From the human T2T-CHM13v2.0 reference genome, Homo sapiens, in the NCBI RefSeq assembly GCF_009914755.1, contig NC_060933.1: a DNA stretch of 64,000 nucleotides. One strand, written 5' to 3'. This document shows, piece after piece, positions 24,779 to 39,945 of the stretch. Under the pieces are notes generated by a model. The model did not search any database, was not told the origin of the DNA, and saw only the letters and a program-made list of their open reading frames with translations. The translations under genes were made by a program, and so were the position numbers. Positions within the stretch are counted from its first letter, which is position 1; every line of letters starts with the position of its first letter.

Positions 24779-27058
24779 TTTTTTTTTTTTTTTTTAAATT
24801 TCCATAGGTTTTGGGGAACATGTGGTGTTTGGTTACATGAATAAGTTCTTTAGTGGTGATACCAAGATTTTGGTGCACCCATAACCCAAGCAGTGTACAT
24901 TGTACCCAGTGTGTAGTCTGTTGTACCCAGTGTGTAGTCTGTTGTCCCTTGCCTCCCTCCGCCAAGTCACCAAAGTTTATTGTATCATTCTTATGCCTTT
25001 GCGTCCTCACAGCTTAGCTCCTACTTATGAGTGAGGACATACAATGTTTGGTTTTCCATTCCTGAGTTACTTCACTTAGAATATTGGTCTCCAATTCCAA
25101 TTCCATCCGGATTGCTGTGAATGCCATTATTTTGTTCCTTTTTATGGCTGAGTAGTATTCCATGGCGTGACTTTTCCTCTGGGTAGATACCCGGAAGTGG
25201 GATTGCGGAATCAAGTGGTAGGTCTACTTTTAGTTCATTAAGGACTCTCCATACTGTTTTCCATAGTGATTGTACTAGTTTACATTCCCACCAACAGTGT
25301 AAAAGTGTTCCCTTTTCATCACATCCATGCCAACACCTATTATTTTTTGATTTTTTGATTATGGCCATTCCTGCAAAGTGAGGTGGTGTTGCATTGAGGT
25401 TTTGATTTACATTTCCCTGATAATTAATGATGTTGAACATTTTTCTTATGTTCGTTGGCCATTTGTATATATTCTTTTGAGAATTGTATATTCATGTCCT
25501 TAGCCCACTTTTTGGTGGGATTGTTTGTTTTGTTCTTGCTGATTTGTTTGAGTTCCTTGTAGATTCTGGATATTAGTCCTTTGTTGGATGTATAGATTTT
25601 TTTCTCCCACTCTATGGGTTGTCTGTTTACCCTGATGATTATTTCTTTTGCTGTGCAGAAGCTTTTTCGTTTAATTAAGTTTCATCTATTTATCATTTCT
25701 TTTGTTGCATTTGCTTTTGGGTTCTTGGTCATGAAGTCTTTGCCTAAGCCATTGTCTAGAAGGATTTTTCCAATATTGCTTTCTAGAATTTTTATGGTTT
25801 CAGGTCTTAGATTTAAGTCTTTGATCCATCTTGAGTTGATTTTTGTATAGGGTGAGAGATGAGGATCTAGTTCCATTCTTCTACATGTGGCTTGCCAATT
25901 ATCCTACCACCATTTGTTGAATAGGGTGTCCCTTCCCACTTTATGTTTTTGTTTGGTTTGTCAAAGATCAGTTGACTACGTATTTGGCTTTATTTCTGGG
26001 TTCTCTATTCTGTTACATTGGTTTACATGCCTATTTTTATACCAGTACCATGCTGTTTTTGTGACTATGGCTTTATAGTATAGGTTGAAGTCAGGTAATG
26101 TGATGCCTCCAGATTTGTTCATTTTGCTTAGTCTTGCTTTGGCTATGTATGCTCTTTTTTGGTTCCATATGCGTTTTAGGATTGTTTGTTCTAGTTCCGT
26201 GAAGAATGATGTTGGTATTTTGATGGGAATTGCATTTCATTTGTAGATTGCTTTTGGCAGTATGGTCATTTTCACAATATTGATTCTACCCATCCACGAG
26301 CATGGGATGTGTTTCCATTTGTTTGTGTCATCTGTGATTTCTTTCAGCAGTGTTTTGTAATTTTTCTTGTCGAGGTCTTTCACGTTCTTGGTTAAGTATA
26401 TTCCTAAGTATTTTATTTTATTTTTTTTGCAGCTGTTGTCAAAGGGTTTGAGTTCTTGATATGATTCTCAGTTTGGTTGCTGTTGGTGTATAGCAGAGCT
26501 CTGATTTGTGTACATTAATTTTGTATAGTGAAGCTTTGCTGAATTCATTTACCAGTTCTAGCACCTTTCTGGATGAGTCTTTAGGGTTTTCTAGGTATAT
26601 GATAATGTAATCAGCAAACAGTGACAGTTTGACTTCCTCATTACCAATTTGGATGCCTTTTATTTCTTTCTCTTGTCTGATTGCTCTGGCTAGGACTTCC
26701 AGTGCCATGTTGAATGGAAGTGGTGAGAGTGGCATCTGTGTCTTGTTCCAGTTCTCAGGGGGAATGCTTTCAACTTTTCCTTGTTCAGTATAATGTTGGC
26801 TGTGGGATTGTCATAGATGGCTTTTATTACCTTAAGGTATGTCCCTTCTATGCTGATTTTGCTAGAGTTTTAATCATAAAAGGATGCTGGATTTTGTCAA
26901 ATGCTTTTTCTGCATCTATTGAGATGATCATGTGATTTTTTAAAAATTCTGTTTATATGGTGTATCAGATTTATTGACTTGTGGATGTCAAACCATCCCT
27001 GTATCCCTGGTGTGAGACCCACTTGATCATGGTGGACTATCTTTTTGATATGCTTTTT
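24779..27058 (-). mobile_element. 5'-truncated L1 (L1PB-like), ~2.3 kb
   Basis: Poly-T, L1PB-type 3'UTR, ORF2 remnants ([22 protein letters not shown]; [39 protein letters not shown]). Confidence 0.92.
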
Positions 27059-27571
27059 GAAGGCAGTGTGAGAAACTGTTAGAATGGTTACCTCTACATA
27101 TTGGGATGAGTTGTGGGTGAGGTTAGGAGGTGGGTGTTTGTGATTTTACTTTTTACACTTTAATATTGTTTGATTCTACTTTGTGCATTAATTTCAAAAA
27201 AGACTCTTTTAGAATGTCTAGCCATTCTGAAGGAAATACTCTTGGACTTTTGTTTGAGTTCTAATTTATATGTTATAGTATGAATTGCCAGGTTTTAAGC
27301 ATTAGCATGCATTCTCTATTTTTGGCAATTTGGAAAAGAATCTTTTCAGTCATTTTTCAGACTCTTACTGAATCTTCCACAATATTTTATATTAAAAGTA
27401 AAGCTTTCAGTTATCATAGTCTTGATGTATTTTGAAGGGTTCATGGGCAAAATCAGTAATAGTTTGAGATTTCTAACATACTGTATTTTGTGGGCTTATA
27501 GATTAACAGAATAGTTTTTTTTCTTTTTTTAATCTTTTCATTTGTGTTAAAATCTGATTTTCTGTTCAAAG

Positions 27572-27697
27572 GTTGATGCCCAGCTACAGGTAGTAAGGAA
27601 ACTGGAAGAGAAGGAGCATCTGTTACAGAGCAACATTGGCACAGGGGAGAAAGAGCTGGGTCTTAGGACCCAAGCCTTAGAGATGAATAAACGCAAG
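27572..27697 (+). CDS. RNF20: RNF20 exon 17 (126 nt), VDAQLQVV...MNKRK
   Basis: AAG acceptor / GTATGA donor. Confidence 0.96.
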
Positions 27698-27860
27698 GTA
27701 TGATTGATTAATCTAATGATGGTTAGTCTCAGTGGAACAAATAAGTATAACACTGTTGAGATTGTAAGTTCGCTTTATTCCTTCAACTTGGGCTAACATT
27801 TTGCCTCACTGGCAATAATAGGTGATACAATGGTGTCACTTATTTGTACATCCTACATAG

Positions 27861-28001
27861 GCAATGGAGGCAGCCCAGCTTGCAGATGACCTCAAAGCAC
27901 AACTGGAGTTGGCTCAGAAGAAGCTACATGATTTTCAGGATGAGATCGTGGAGAACAGTGTTACCAAAGAAAAGGACATGTTCAATTTCAAACGAGCCCA
28001 G
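27861..28001 (+). CDS. RNF20: RNF20 exon 18 (141 nt), AMEAAQLA...FKRAQ
   Basis: TAG / GTAAAA flanks. Confidence 0.96.
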
Positions 28002-28680
28002 GTAAAAGCAGTTGTCTTTTCTTGTCACCTTTTAGGTGTTTTCTGAGGTCGGAAGTGACCCATATCATGAAAGAATCATTAGTCCAATGTATGTCATTTC
28101 CTACTAGACTTGAGGAAGTTTGTTGAGGGAAGAGAGTAAGTCTGTTTTCTTCACTGCCATATCCTCAGACTCTTTTATGGTGCCTTGCACCTAGTAGGCA
28201 CAAAATAAATATTTGTTAAATTAATGAATTAGTAAATTGTTAAAGAAGTAACAGCATAGCAGCAGTAGAGGATTTTCAAGTTCTTGTATAATGTCTCTAT
28301 TTTTGTCATGCTAGCTGTTTCTCATGATGTCTTTCTGTCTTTATCCGTAAGTCTCTGAATTATTTTAAACCGTTCTACCTTCAGCTTAAAACTAATTACT
28401 ATAAAACAAAATAGACTGTCCTCTAAACTCTTAGATGTGTTTTCACAGGACTGAATTGGTAATAGATGCAATTCTAATTTGGGGATATAATTATGGTTGC
28501 CTCTTCTGAAACAAAAGAAAATATCCTGCCATTTGCAGTTCTCTACATTTCTACAAGATAATTGACCATAAAAGGATAGAAAGTCCCCTCTTTTCACAAC
28601 AGAAAACTCAAGTCTATTATTTTTCTCAAAAATGATAGATTTGGGTAAGTGTGTCTAATGGGTATGCTATCCTGCCACAG

Positions 28681-28782
28681 GAGGACATCTCTAGACTTCG
28701 CAGGAAGCTGGAGACCACAAAGAAACCAGACAATGTACCCAAGTGTGATGAGATTCTGATGGAAGAGATTAAGGATTACAAG
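28681..28782 (+). CDS. RNF20: RNF20 exon 19 (102 nt), EDISRLRR...IKDYK
   Basis: CAG / GTTAGA flanks. Confidence 0.96.
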
Positions 28783-29016
28783 GTTAGAAAAAATGCCTTA
28801 GTGATTAGTTTTTTGTCAAAGCTTTAAGTGGCCTAATAGACTGGGAGAATAATTTGCATGATAGTAACCAGAGAATGGTTTATTTTGGAGGTTGGGGGGA
28901 AATGATGCTCTTTTTTTAGTGCCTTGTGGGTTTTCTTCTTGGTTGTGTAGTATATGAGAGCCATTTGGATCATAAACTTTCATGGTTGTTCAAACTCTGA
29001 CATCTTTTCTTTTTAG

Positions 29017-29193
29017 GCACGCTTGACCTGTCCGTGCTGTAACATGCGTAAAAAGGATGCTGTTCTTACTAAGTGTTTTCATGTCTTCTGCTTTGAGTGT
29101 GTGAAGACACGCTATGACACCCGCCAGCGCAAATGTCCCAAGTGTAATGCTGCTTTTGGTGCCAATGATTTTCATCGCATCTACATTGGTTGA
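29017..29193 (+). CDS. RNF20: RNF20 exon 20 coding part: C3HC4 RING finger and stop
   Basis: [61 protein letters not shown] at 29191-29193; total spliced CDS 2928 nt. Confidence 0.98.
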   Translation, partial: ARLTCPCCNMRKKDAVLTKCFHVFCFECVKTRYDTRQRKCPKCNAAFGANDFHRIYIG

Positions 29194-30120
29194 TCTAAGT
29201 CAAGAGAAGAAGAGGAGCTGGCTAGTCAGGAACTTATTCATTAACCACCAAACCTCTACCTCTTCTCTCCTTGACTGTCACCTGTAGGACAGTTTATCAG
29301 TCAACTACCTTTCCTCCAGACTTTACTTCCAGGCTCTCCTCTTCAGTAGCTGGATGACTTTAGCAGAAAGGACTGGTAAATACAAGCCTTGGGTTTCAGA
29401 ATGAATTAGAAACAAATAACTCTTACTGTCTTCCCTCCCAGCTTTGTTTATTTTGTGCTTTTAGACTTTTCAGTGTTTTCTTTTTCCAGCCCACTGTATA
29501 AACTTGGATTGTCCATTCCTCCTGAAGAAATCAAGTTGGTATTTTTGATGTGGAAAAGGGAACAAAAGTGGAAACATGGCTACTTTTGGGGAGTGATATT
29601 TTAAAAAATAAGTTGTCTATGGGCACAAAGTTTTCTTCATTTGTGTAGCAAACTTCTTGTGAATGTGGATTACAAAATGGTATAATTGTGTTACTCTCCC
29701 CTGGGTGGTTTGCAGCCCTAATGAAATTATGTCTAGGATGATTCAGTCTATTTCCCATTTACTAGCAGAGTAACTTGTTAAGATCAGCTGGCTTTCTTGT
29801 TAAAGTTATTTAAGTTTTGAATGCTCTACTACTTCAAGTCTTTAAATTTCTTGAGACTAGAATAATTTTAAATAATATGACCCTTTGTCTTCTAATGAAA
29901 TAAAGATTGAAGAGGTTGAGTCAGGACTGAGCTGGTGAAGAAATCTTGTGGGTATTCTGGAAATTTGATACGGAGAGAACTTGGTGAGCTATGAATTACT
30001 CTCAGTCTCCTTTTTACAGGGTTGTTGTGATCCCTCTTTTCCAGAAAATTCTGTGGAATGTTTCTGTAGGACTTTGTTCTCCACAAGCTTGAATTAAAGC
30101 AGGATTCAGTTTGCATTTGT
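29194..30120 (+). terminator. RNF20: RNF20 3'UTR with candidate poly(A) signals
   Basis: AATAAA at 29899-29904; ATTAAA at 30093-30098 followed by a GU/U-rich tract (ttgtgtttatggttttt). End approximate. Confidence 0.7.
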
Positions 30121-30436
30121 GTTTATGGTTTTTCTTTGAAACTTTTGTCTTTATTATTACAAGTTGATTTTATATCTGCTGTTATAGAATTAAATTTTCT
30201 TGCATGGAAATAATCAGCTTAGGTTAAGAGGTTGGCCTTGTTTAGAGTATTTAGATCTTTGCTTAATTGAAGCACTTTTCTCCCAATTCTTTTATTGAGT
30301 CTATTCTATGGAGAAATTATACCTAAAAGATTAATTTATTTGACTACTCAGTTATCTTTCATAGTTCATTAGGTGGGGTAAGAGACTATAATTTGTTTTT
30401 TGGGGGAGCATATTGCTGCCTCTAGCTTTAGGGTGA

Positions 30437-30773
<337 letters not shown>

Positions 30774-31700
30774 TAATAACCAGCAAACCAGAGGTTTCAT
30801 AAATCTCTGGCAAGGGGTTGTGTAAAATGGATCCTTCTTGATCACCACCTGTCCTAGAAGACAGGTAAGAGCAAATTCTGTGTCTTTTTGTGGTCACCAG
30901 CTATAATCAGCAGGATTTGCACTGAATTCCACAAAGTCATGTGGTATGAATTAAGCAATGAGTCTAATTGAAGAATCTTACTAGGTCATCAAGAGAGGTC
31001 ATGGGTCCCTTGATCCCCCTGCTCAGCAAACACCCCCACCCCCACAGAACCATCATGACAGGATTAGCTCCTGCTTCTGGACACAGTGAGTTTTCATTTA
31101 GTAATAGGACACTTTCCCCTTGCTTCTTGCTCTTCTTATAGGGTAAGCTTGAGCATAACTTTGTTGGTTGGGTGCAGATATACTGCTTGGTCAACAGGTG
31201 GTTTGGGCTTGGCTGTTGGCTGTTTGTGACAATTGGCTGAGAAAGCCAGCTGCCCAGCACCAGGGGACCATAGGGCCTGTGGAATGTTGTGGAGGAAACC
31301 ACTAGCCCCATGGGAAGTTGGATTTAGAGGAAGTTCCTCTAGTTGAGATGAGCAGGGAGCCCCTGATCCCAACTGGCTTGAGGTCCTGGCAACACAAGTT
31401 GAGCTCTCACAGTCATTTTCAGATAACAACCAAAAATGATGGTGATTTTTTGGCAGTTGGCTTCTCTCACTACAGAAGAGGTCAATGAATGCGCTTTAGG
31501 AATACTCCCAAACTGCATACCAAATTTTATTTGTATTGTATGTACATTATTCATAGCTTTTTTGGATCCTAGTTAGCAATCACAGCCCTTGATCCATATG
31601 AACTTTAAAGGGTAATTTCTTTAAGGTAATGCTTATAAATGCCAATTTCAAAGATTATTATAGAAGTCCTAGAGGCTTCTCATTTCTTAAAAACACTTCA

Positions 31701-31997
31701 GGCTGGGTGCAGTAGCTCACGCCTATAATCCCAGCAGTTTGGGAGGCTGAGACAGGAGGATTGCTTGAGCCCAGGAGTTTGAGACCAGCCCAGGCAACAT
31801 AGGGAGACCCCGTCTCTACAAAAAATTTCGAAAATTAGCTGGCTGTGGTGGTGCACACCTGTAGTCCCAGCTACTTGGGAGACTGCAGCGGGAGGATAGC
31901 TTGAGCACCGGAGGTTAAGGCTGCTGTGAGCTGTGATTATGCCATGGACTCCAGCCTGGGTGACACAGTGAGACCCTGTCTCAAAAACAAACAACAA
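31701..31997 (+). mobile_element. Alu (AluJ-like)
   Basis: Diverged dimer with (AAC)-type tail. Confidence 0.9.
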
Positions 31998-34900
31998 CCA
32001 TTTCAGATTTTGTAGGGATGGTCTCTCTCTCTCTTTTTTCTTTCTTTCATTGTTACCTTGGAAATTTCTTAGTGACTTTGACCAAAGTCAGGTGTGCTCT
32101 GAGGCATGCATAACTACATGGCTTGGATCTTACCTTCTTACTTACTATAGGGATCTTTTTCAAAGGTATTGAGCTGTTTCTGCAATTGTTTTCTTACATG
32201 AATTTCCATTGCAATTCCTTTTCCTTTTTCTCTGTCCAGATCCGTAGGCTTCCTTGTTCTTCAAGGGCCGGAATTTGATGCACATAGTTTAATGTACATG
32301 CCACTAGAGTGATGACTGTGATTTGATTTTGTGAAGATTCTAGACAATAAATAATCATCAGTCTTCTAAACCTACTAGGATGGTGATGCTTACACTTGCC
32401 GGAAGCATATGCTACTCTCATCTTTATTCCCATTGTCATTTGCTAGGATGTGGAATGCCGTTACATATTGTTCTTTGAAGATTTATCTGAGGACTGCCAG
32501 ATAAACCCATGTCCCAGTGGATCTGCAGAAAAGTTTTGATTAGTCATTATTGCAGAAGTCTGCTTTTCTGATGTTAAGACAGATACACTGAGATTAGTAG
32601 AAAAATGGTGGATTATGTGTAGGTTGGATTGGGTTTGCACAATAGGAAACCCATGACATAGAAATACTTACAAATTTTCTAGATCTTAAAGTTTGGAAAT
32701 ACTTAAAAGTGGTCCTATCAGAAAGAATGAGCTTTACCTTCTGGGATTCCTGCCCATGTTTGGTCTGTTCCAAATGTTAGCTATTAAGGTCTTACTTATA
32801 GCCTACTTCACAATTACTAAAGGACATGAAAAGGACAATGTCTTAACAGTCTAATCCCTAATATCTAGCAGAGGCACATAGTAGTCAGTAAAGTTTTTCA
32901 TGATTAAATTAATTCTGCTTCATGGTTCTGCTGCCAGATCTTCCGAAGTCTGCTTTACTGGGCCAATGTGTGATTCAAACCTTATTACTCTTTCTTTTTT
33001 TCACCCCCTAAGTAGAAACAATCTTTCCCCATATATCGAAGTAACCCTTCAAATTTGTATTATCCAAAAATATATGACTACAGTTTTAATTTATTTTGTG
33101 GCAATAAAAGGAATTATTATGAATTCTAAAACTAACACTTCTGTAGTGGCAGCTCATGAGACTGCTGAGTCTCATGTAGCTGAGACTTCACTTACTGCAA
33201 GGCACACATGATAACCACTACGCTACGGAAACCTGCATAAAAGCTTCATTTATTGTAAGTTAACCTTTTTTTTTTTTTGAGGGAAGCTATGTTCACATTA
33301 ATATAATAATAATATGCTCTGAGGATATTAGAGCTGAAAGGGAACTCAGACCATGTCCTTATTTTAGAAGTGAGGAAATAGGTTCCAGGGCCACTCAGGT
33401 TAGCCACAGGATTGAAATGCTACTATGAGAACTCCATTGTTCTTTTATCCCAATCGGAGACCTGTACTAATAGAGTACATGTCATCAGGTAGACAATAAG
33501 TGAAAATACTTTCTGAGTCATTTTGAAGTCTTCTAAAGACTTACATATACCTACTATACTTATCCTTGATCATTCTAATCTAACTAGACTCTTTGCCAGG
33601 CCCTGGATTAGAACTACATTTTGTTTCTGAATTCACTGAGTTCCTTTAGCACCTTGTTGTAGAGTAGAATTGAATCAAGGGATCTTAGATTTCTTCCTGC
33701 TCTCCCAATCATATGCATTTGCTGAGTGCTTATTGTGATTCCAGGCATTGTGTTAAATATATTTCTCATGAAGTCCGACTTGCCTGCGTATGGTGCTGCT
33801 ACTTATTAGCAAGTTACTTCATGTCTCTATGCTTCAGTTTCTTCATCTATAAAATAATAACTACATCATAGGGTTATATGGAGGATGAAATGAATCATCA
33901 TACAGGAGACATTCAGCACAGCGCCTGGCACCTAGTAAATGCTCAGCAAATGCTAACTTTTATAATTGTTGAGCAAATAAAGAAATTGATAGATCAACTT
34001 TCGTTTCCACCTACATTTTCTTATTTCTAGGGAAAAAAACAAAACAAAACAAAACACTGACATCCTCCCTGAAATCTAAGACACACGTTTATCCATGTCT
34101 GTCTGTCTCTAGTCTGCCTGTCCTGGTAAATGATGTCATGGCCAACTCATTCCAAAACTTCAAAAAGTTAACTTTATCTGCTCACTGTCCTACAACTAAA
34201 ATGCATGTGAGTGACATCCAGCTCCACCTGGTGGTGAGGATCCTGTTCTTTTACTAGTTGTCTCTTCAGCTTAAAATCCTTTAGTGGTTCCTGTAGTCTT
34301 CAGGACACAAATCCAATTTAGCACAAGTGATCTTGCCTCTGCTTTTCTCTTTCCAGTTCATATAGTTTGTCATCCACCTTAAGCTGTGTGTTTCTATTAT
34401 ATTAAATGATTTGAAGGTCCCAGTTTCTTGATTGCCATGGTTTCCCTAATCTGGAATTTTGTACATGCTTTCTTTTAGTTTAGTTGCCTGTTACCCTCCA
34501 CTGAGTCTCTTCACCTCACACACCTGCACCCACATGCACACATACACACAGTGTTTTCTTCACTCCAATAGTACCCGTTGTGCATTTCCTTATTAGAGTA
34601 CACACCATAAAATGTCAGTTTGTGTCCTTTCATTACACTGAGCTCTATGGGATCAGAATCTGCTGTTTTTATCTGTCTATTTCCAGCAACTAGCCCCAAT
34701 GCCTGGGTACAAATAGGCATCCAAAATATGAATGATTGAGTAATGCAAAAACACCCTTAGGTAAGTAGGTAGTTGAATTAAGTTATAGTGGATTTACATT
34801 TTCATGAGATTTGATTGTTTCTATTCGGAAAGAATGTGTGTGAAGAAGGCAACAGGCTAGCAGATTCATGAAGGCAAATTTGCCTGCAGCTAAAACTGCT

Positions 34901-35456
34901 TGGGTTATCAGAAACTGCCCATATGTCTGGGACTGCAGGGCTGCTGCTGATTTGTAACTGTGTTTGCATCAGTTCTTGGTTGGGCTAGAAAGCAGAAAGA
35001 AAAGATGCTGAAATGCTATTTTTATGAGACATAGGTATTACAGTGTTGAGTTAAATGGACCAATGAAGGTGCAGTTACAATATCCGCTTCTCTCTCTGTT
35101 CTGTGGAGCTAGGGGCCAGGCCGAGGCATGGGAAAGAAGCAGTAAGGCAGAAAGACTAAAAGGGGATTCAAGGAAGAATAGAAAATTGTGAGGCAGTGAC
35201 CGGAATCCTGTATGGTTGTACAAATCTCTGTTACTATTACTAGTTCTGCAACCTTGGGCAAGTTACATAGTTTCTCTGACTCTTGTTTTTTTATCTGTAA
35301 ACTGGAGGTCTCATTTACCTACTTAAGACTACATCTATAGTGCCTATCTTGTGGGGTTGTTAAGATTAAATGAGATCATGGTTTATAATAAGTACCCAAT
35401 ATATGTTAGTTGTTACAGTATTACCTGTTTATAGGTTGTAAAAAGGTCAGATTGAG

Positions 35457-35786
<330 letters not shown>

Positions 35787-36119
35787 CTATCTTCTTCACT
35801 ATTGTGTCTCCAGCACTTGGCACGTACATGGAAGCTGTTTAGCAAATGTTTGTCGAATTACTGATGAGGGTGATCAGTACAGGATTTTAGAGACCTCTGA
35901 ACTTGTGCTTTTTCCTGGAATGTCTATCTCAGATGAAGCCATTTCAGTTCTACTTCATGATGCCTGAGCTCTGAGATTTCTCAGCATATCTTGTGTTTCT
36001 TCTTTGGACTATAGCAAGGAAATAAGCATAAATCATAGCATTAATGGGTCTCCTATTAAGAAGGAACTGGTATCATGTCAACATTTGAATCCCCAAAGAC
36101 AAAGCCAGCAGTACATCCA

Positions 36120-39100
36120 AAAGTGAAGTTTCTATCTGAACATTTATTCCACAGTCATAGAAACTGAAGATGGAAAAGACCTGAGGACATCTAATCCATC
36201 CATGTGGTTGTACAAGAAAAGTGGCTGGAGCAAAACAGCCCGTTCACTTCATGCTCACAAGACAGCATTTCCGTTCTTCCTGGAGCGGAGCGATTGCAAA
36301 CACATTAAAATGAAGACACAATGCAAATACTCTTCACAAACCTTAAGAAAATACTTATAAATACATTATTTTCATAAAATGATTAGTAACTAAAAAAAAA
36401 GAGTGAGGGAATCCTGGATTAGATGGATAGTTTAGGTGGGTAAAGAAAGGAATAACTAAACAGTATAGATAGTAAAGTAGTATTAATGCCTAGAAAGCAA
36501 TTTCTGAAGAACTGGATGGGTTTTCTGTTTTTCCTATCAAAAATATGAGTTGGGAGAAAAAGAGGCTCTAAAGTAGTTTCTTTCCCCTTTATTCTTTACC
36601 CACACCAAGGAAGTGCTTAACTTGCTCTAAGGCTCTAACAGACACAGCACCAACACTGAGAAGTCTGTTACCCAGATGATAAGGTCTGTTCTGCTTGGCA
36701 CTTGCTCCGCTTACCACTTTTCTGGCTGGAAGGGAAGCAGCAGCTCTTGATAGGGTTTGTGCAATAGCAAGATTCATGAATAGCAGAGAGTCATCTCCAG
36801 GCACATTAAAGACCTCGACTGCTTGGGTCCCTGTGGCTGCTTCACTTGGCTGTCCTGGTTATTCTTCCAATTTGTTTTTAAATTTTGGGAGATTCCCCTT
36901 TCTCCTCCACCTGGAAGCATACACACTCTGGGGCCTTGATTATTCTTATTTACACGAACCAGGTAGCTATATCTGTTCCAGCTCATCTGAGCATGCTTTA
37001 TCATGTGCTTCCTGTGCCAGAAAAGCAAGGTAGCGTCCCTTATCTCTTTCTTCTTTACCAGAATACCACCCTCTATCTGAAGGCTTCTGATCTTTGTGTT
37101 TTTTTTGAGCCTCAAAGGAGTTGAAAGAACAGAGGCAGAGCTGAACGGAAAGGAGGTTTCCAAGGACCCACCATTTCATGACATCATTTTACAAAACACA
37201 ATACACTGTTTCACAAATTGCAAAACACTGTTCAGTTACTACCAATAAAAATAACCATTGCTACTTAACATGAAGACTGCTTCGTTTCACCACAAGCAAT
37301 TATGGTTTTTCTTTATTCAGAACATAGAGGCATTTCAAGCAATGTTGATGGCAGTAAGCCTGCTGTCAGCCCCTGCTGCTGCTTGCTGCATCCTGGCCAG
37401 TGTTTTGGCCAGGTAGTTCCTCCAAAGATGTTTGAGGAGCGTGCATTGGTCATCTACTTTGTGGATAGGCAGGGCGATCTGGCATGTGATCACCACTGCT
37501 CAGAATGCCTCACTAGAGAAGCTTAAGGTAAACCCGATATACAAAAATGCAGACTTACAAAACAGATACATTAAGGGATAATTAATTGCATTACAAAAGG
37601 GTGCTTTACTTTACAAAAGAATTCACTTCTGGGTTCCCTTAAACAGCCAGCTTCTCAAATATAGTCAGAATATGAGCTGAGTTACAAAAATGTCCATGTA
37701 CATTAGGAGCATGGCTGTAATGTGGATTGAGGTACACCTGTACATCAGCCTTCCGGGCTGCACAGAGGTTCAGGGGCACGCAGAGCATGGTGGCAGAGTC
37801 TCCAGCATTCTTAGCTGGTACAAGTGGGTGGGGATGGCTAAGGGGCAAAATCTTCCAAAGGCAGTTGCAACCTTCTTCTGGGCCTGGGGTGAGAACGTGA
37901 GGGGATGGGGTGTTTCAACACAGAACTGTCCTTTTGTGTTTTCAGGGCTCACCTGTTTCCTCATTATTGAACTGTTTCATCTGTGGAGTTGGTGACCTCT
38001 AACTTTAGAGCCCTCCCACATCCATATCAGTATCTCTGAGCCTCCCTCCACTCCAGGGTTTTCTCAGCCAATTAATCACTAGGTGTTATCTAACTACAGC
38101 TTAAGTTGTTATTCCCTGGGTGACTGGGTAGATTTTGGTGGAAATGCAGACATTTCATCCAGTAGTAGAGGGAGAAGTTTTGTGACTGAGACACCTTTCC
38201 AGTGATCTCCAGCTGTAAAAGAGGAAAGTGCTTGGCACAGCTCCTGAACTTATTGTAGGCATTCAAATTGGTTGGGGGTGGAACAATGAGTCCTGAGAAG
38301 ATAAATCAAGTAATTGATAAATAAGGAAGTCTTGTCCTAAATGGTGCCCAGGGGTGGGGGTGAGGATGTTGAAGGAGAGTCAGCAGATGTGTGCTAAAAT
38401 TATTAAAAAGCAAAACAAAACAAAACAAAACTTCTCAAACAGGTTTTCTCTTCATGCTTCTCCTCCTGCCTGTGGGCAGCCAAACTTCCAGAATGGTGTT
38501 TCTAGAAAAGTAATTTTTAGACCACCTGTGTCAGTCACTTGGGGGTGTTGGTTAACAGTAGGTTTCTGAGCTCACCTCTAGACCTCCACCCCCAACCCCA
38601 TAATCTCTGGAGAAGGGTCTTGGCAATCCGCACTCTGATGAGTTCCCTACTAGATGACTCTTATCTACATTGACATTTGAGAACTGACCCATATTCCTTT
38701 CCCTTGCTGCCTAAACTTGATATGCTGAGAAAGTGACACCTAAGCAGAGGGGAGGTTACTTGTATCAGTCTTTGGGGGGCATTAGATGAGGCTGGAGGAT
38801 CATTAGAGGGACCAAAACCAGTTCATAGCTCCTCAGAGATGAGTGGGTGTGAGGATGGGGGATTGACTTGATTTTCTATACAGATATGCAAAGTGCAGGG
38901 CAGATTCCTGAATGGTCGAAGCTTATAGTGTTCCCGGGCTGGAGGTTTTGGGATTTCTATGCTAAGCGATGGGTGACTGCTGATCTGAAAATGGCCTAGT
39001 GTGTGGTGTGTAGAACATTTCACCCACAGTGTCACATATTCCATTATAGGCAATAAGGGATATTCCAGGTCCAACCTAAGGCCACAACCTTGCTTTGCCT

Positions 39101-39945
39101 TTTTCTCTCTTTTCCTTTATAAAAGGCACACACCATAGTGGAGATGCTTAGTTACATTAGAAGTAGTCTTATTCATTTTTTAGCCAAATTGCCTTTCTGG
39201 CCCAGAGCTTTTGTTCTGAAAGCATGGTATGCATTTTTAATGCCTCTGCTGCCTGTCTTCTGTTTCCGCTTACCACATCCCCTCCCCTTTTCACAGTAGG
39301 GTGTAAGCATGCTCTTACTAAACAGTCAGGATGGAGTCAGAGATCCAGAACCTTCTCAAAAACATGGCTCTTGCCTGGTCCAATCAATCCTTGACGTTTA
39401 TGATACTAATGAGTTAATTTTTAAATACCCCACCCCCAGTGGGAGGTGCTCTGCTCTTACCTGCTCCCCATTCAGAATGTAGGAATAAATCTAGATCGGG
39501 GAGTTGTATCAAAAGCTACAACCCTAGATAACCTCGTTCTGTGTTACGATGAAAACCAGCAACCCAGTAAGACATAAGTGTGAGTAACAATTTTATCTCT
39601 TGTTGGTAGTGCAGAGAAAGGGCTAAAAACCAGAAATATTACTGTGGCACCTGGTGAAAAGGTTAACGGCAGCTGGGGTTATCTGGTTATTCACAGATCT
39701 CTCGCACAGAGCTTACTCCTGACTAAGATTCTTGCTAGAAAAACACTCCTACCCTGGAGACCTAGAGAGTGAGCTTGAGAGGAGCTGCTGCTGCACTTTA
39801 GGCGAGGGAGAGCAGACTTGACCTTTAAGAAGACCTAGACCTCAGCTTCCCCACACCTTTGTCGATAGTTACAAAAGAGCATTACAAAGTGTCTCAAGGG
39901 CTCAGAGGAAGGTCAGGAACTGAGAAAGGGAAGCAGTGTGGTCAC
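36120..39945 (-). other. GRIN3A: GRIN3A 3'UTR (~3.8 kb); AATAAA on - strand at 36143-36148
   Basis: Follows the stop codon; TTTATT on + strand at 36143. End approximate. Confidence 0.7.

Noticed and set aside
30964-31429. Overlapping 115-aa and 97-aa - strand ORFs in non-repeat-looking intergenic DNA
   Set aside because: No recognisable homology, poly(A) tail or TSD; cannot support a gene or pseudogene call without a search.
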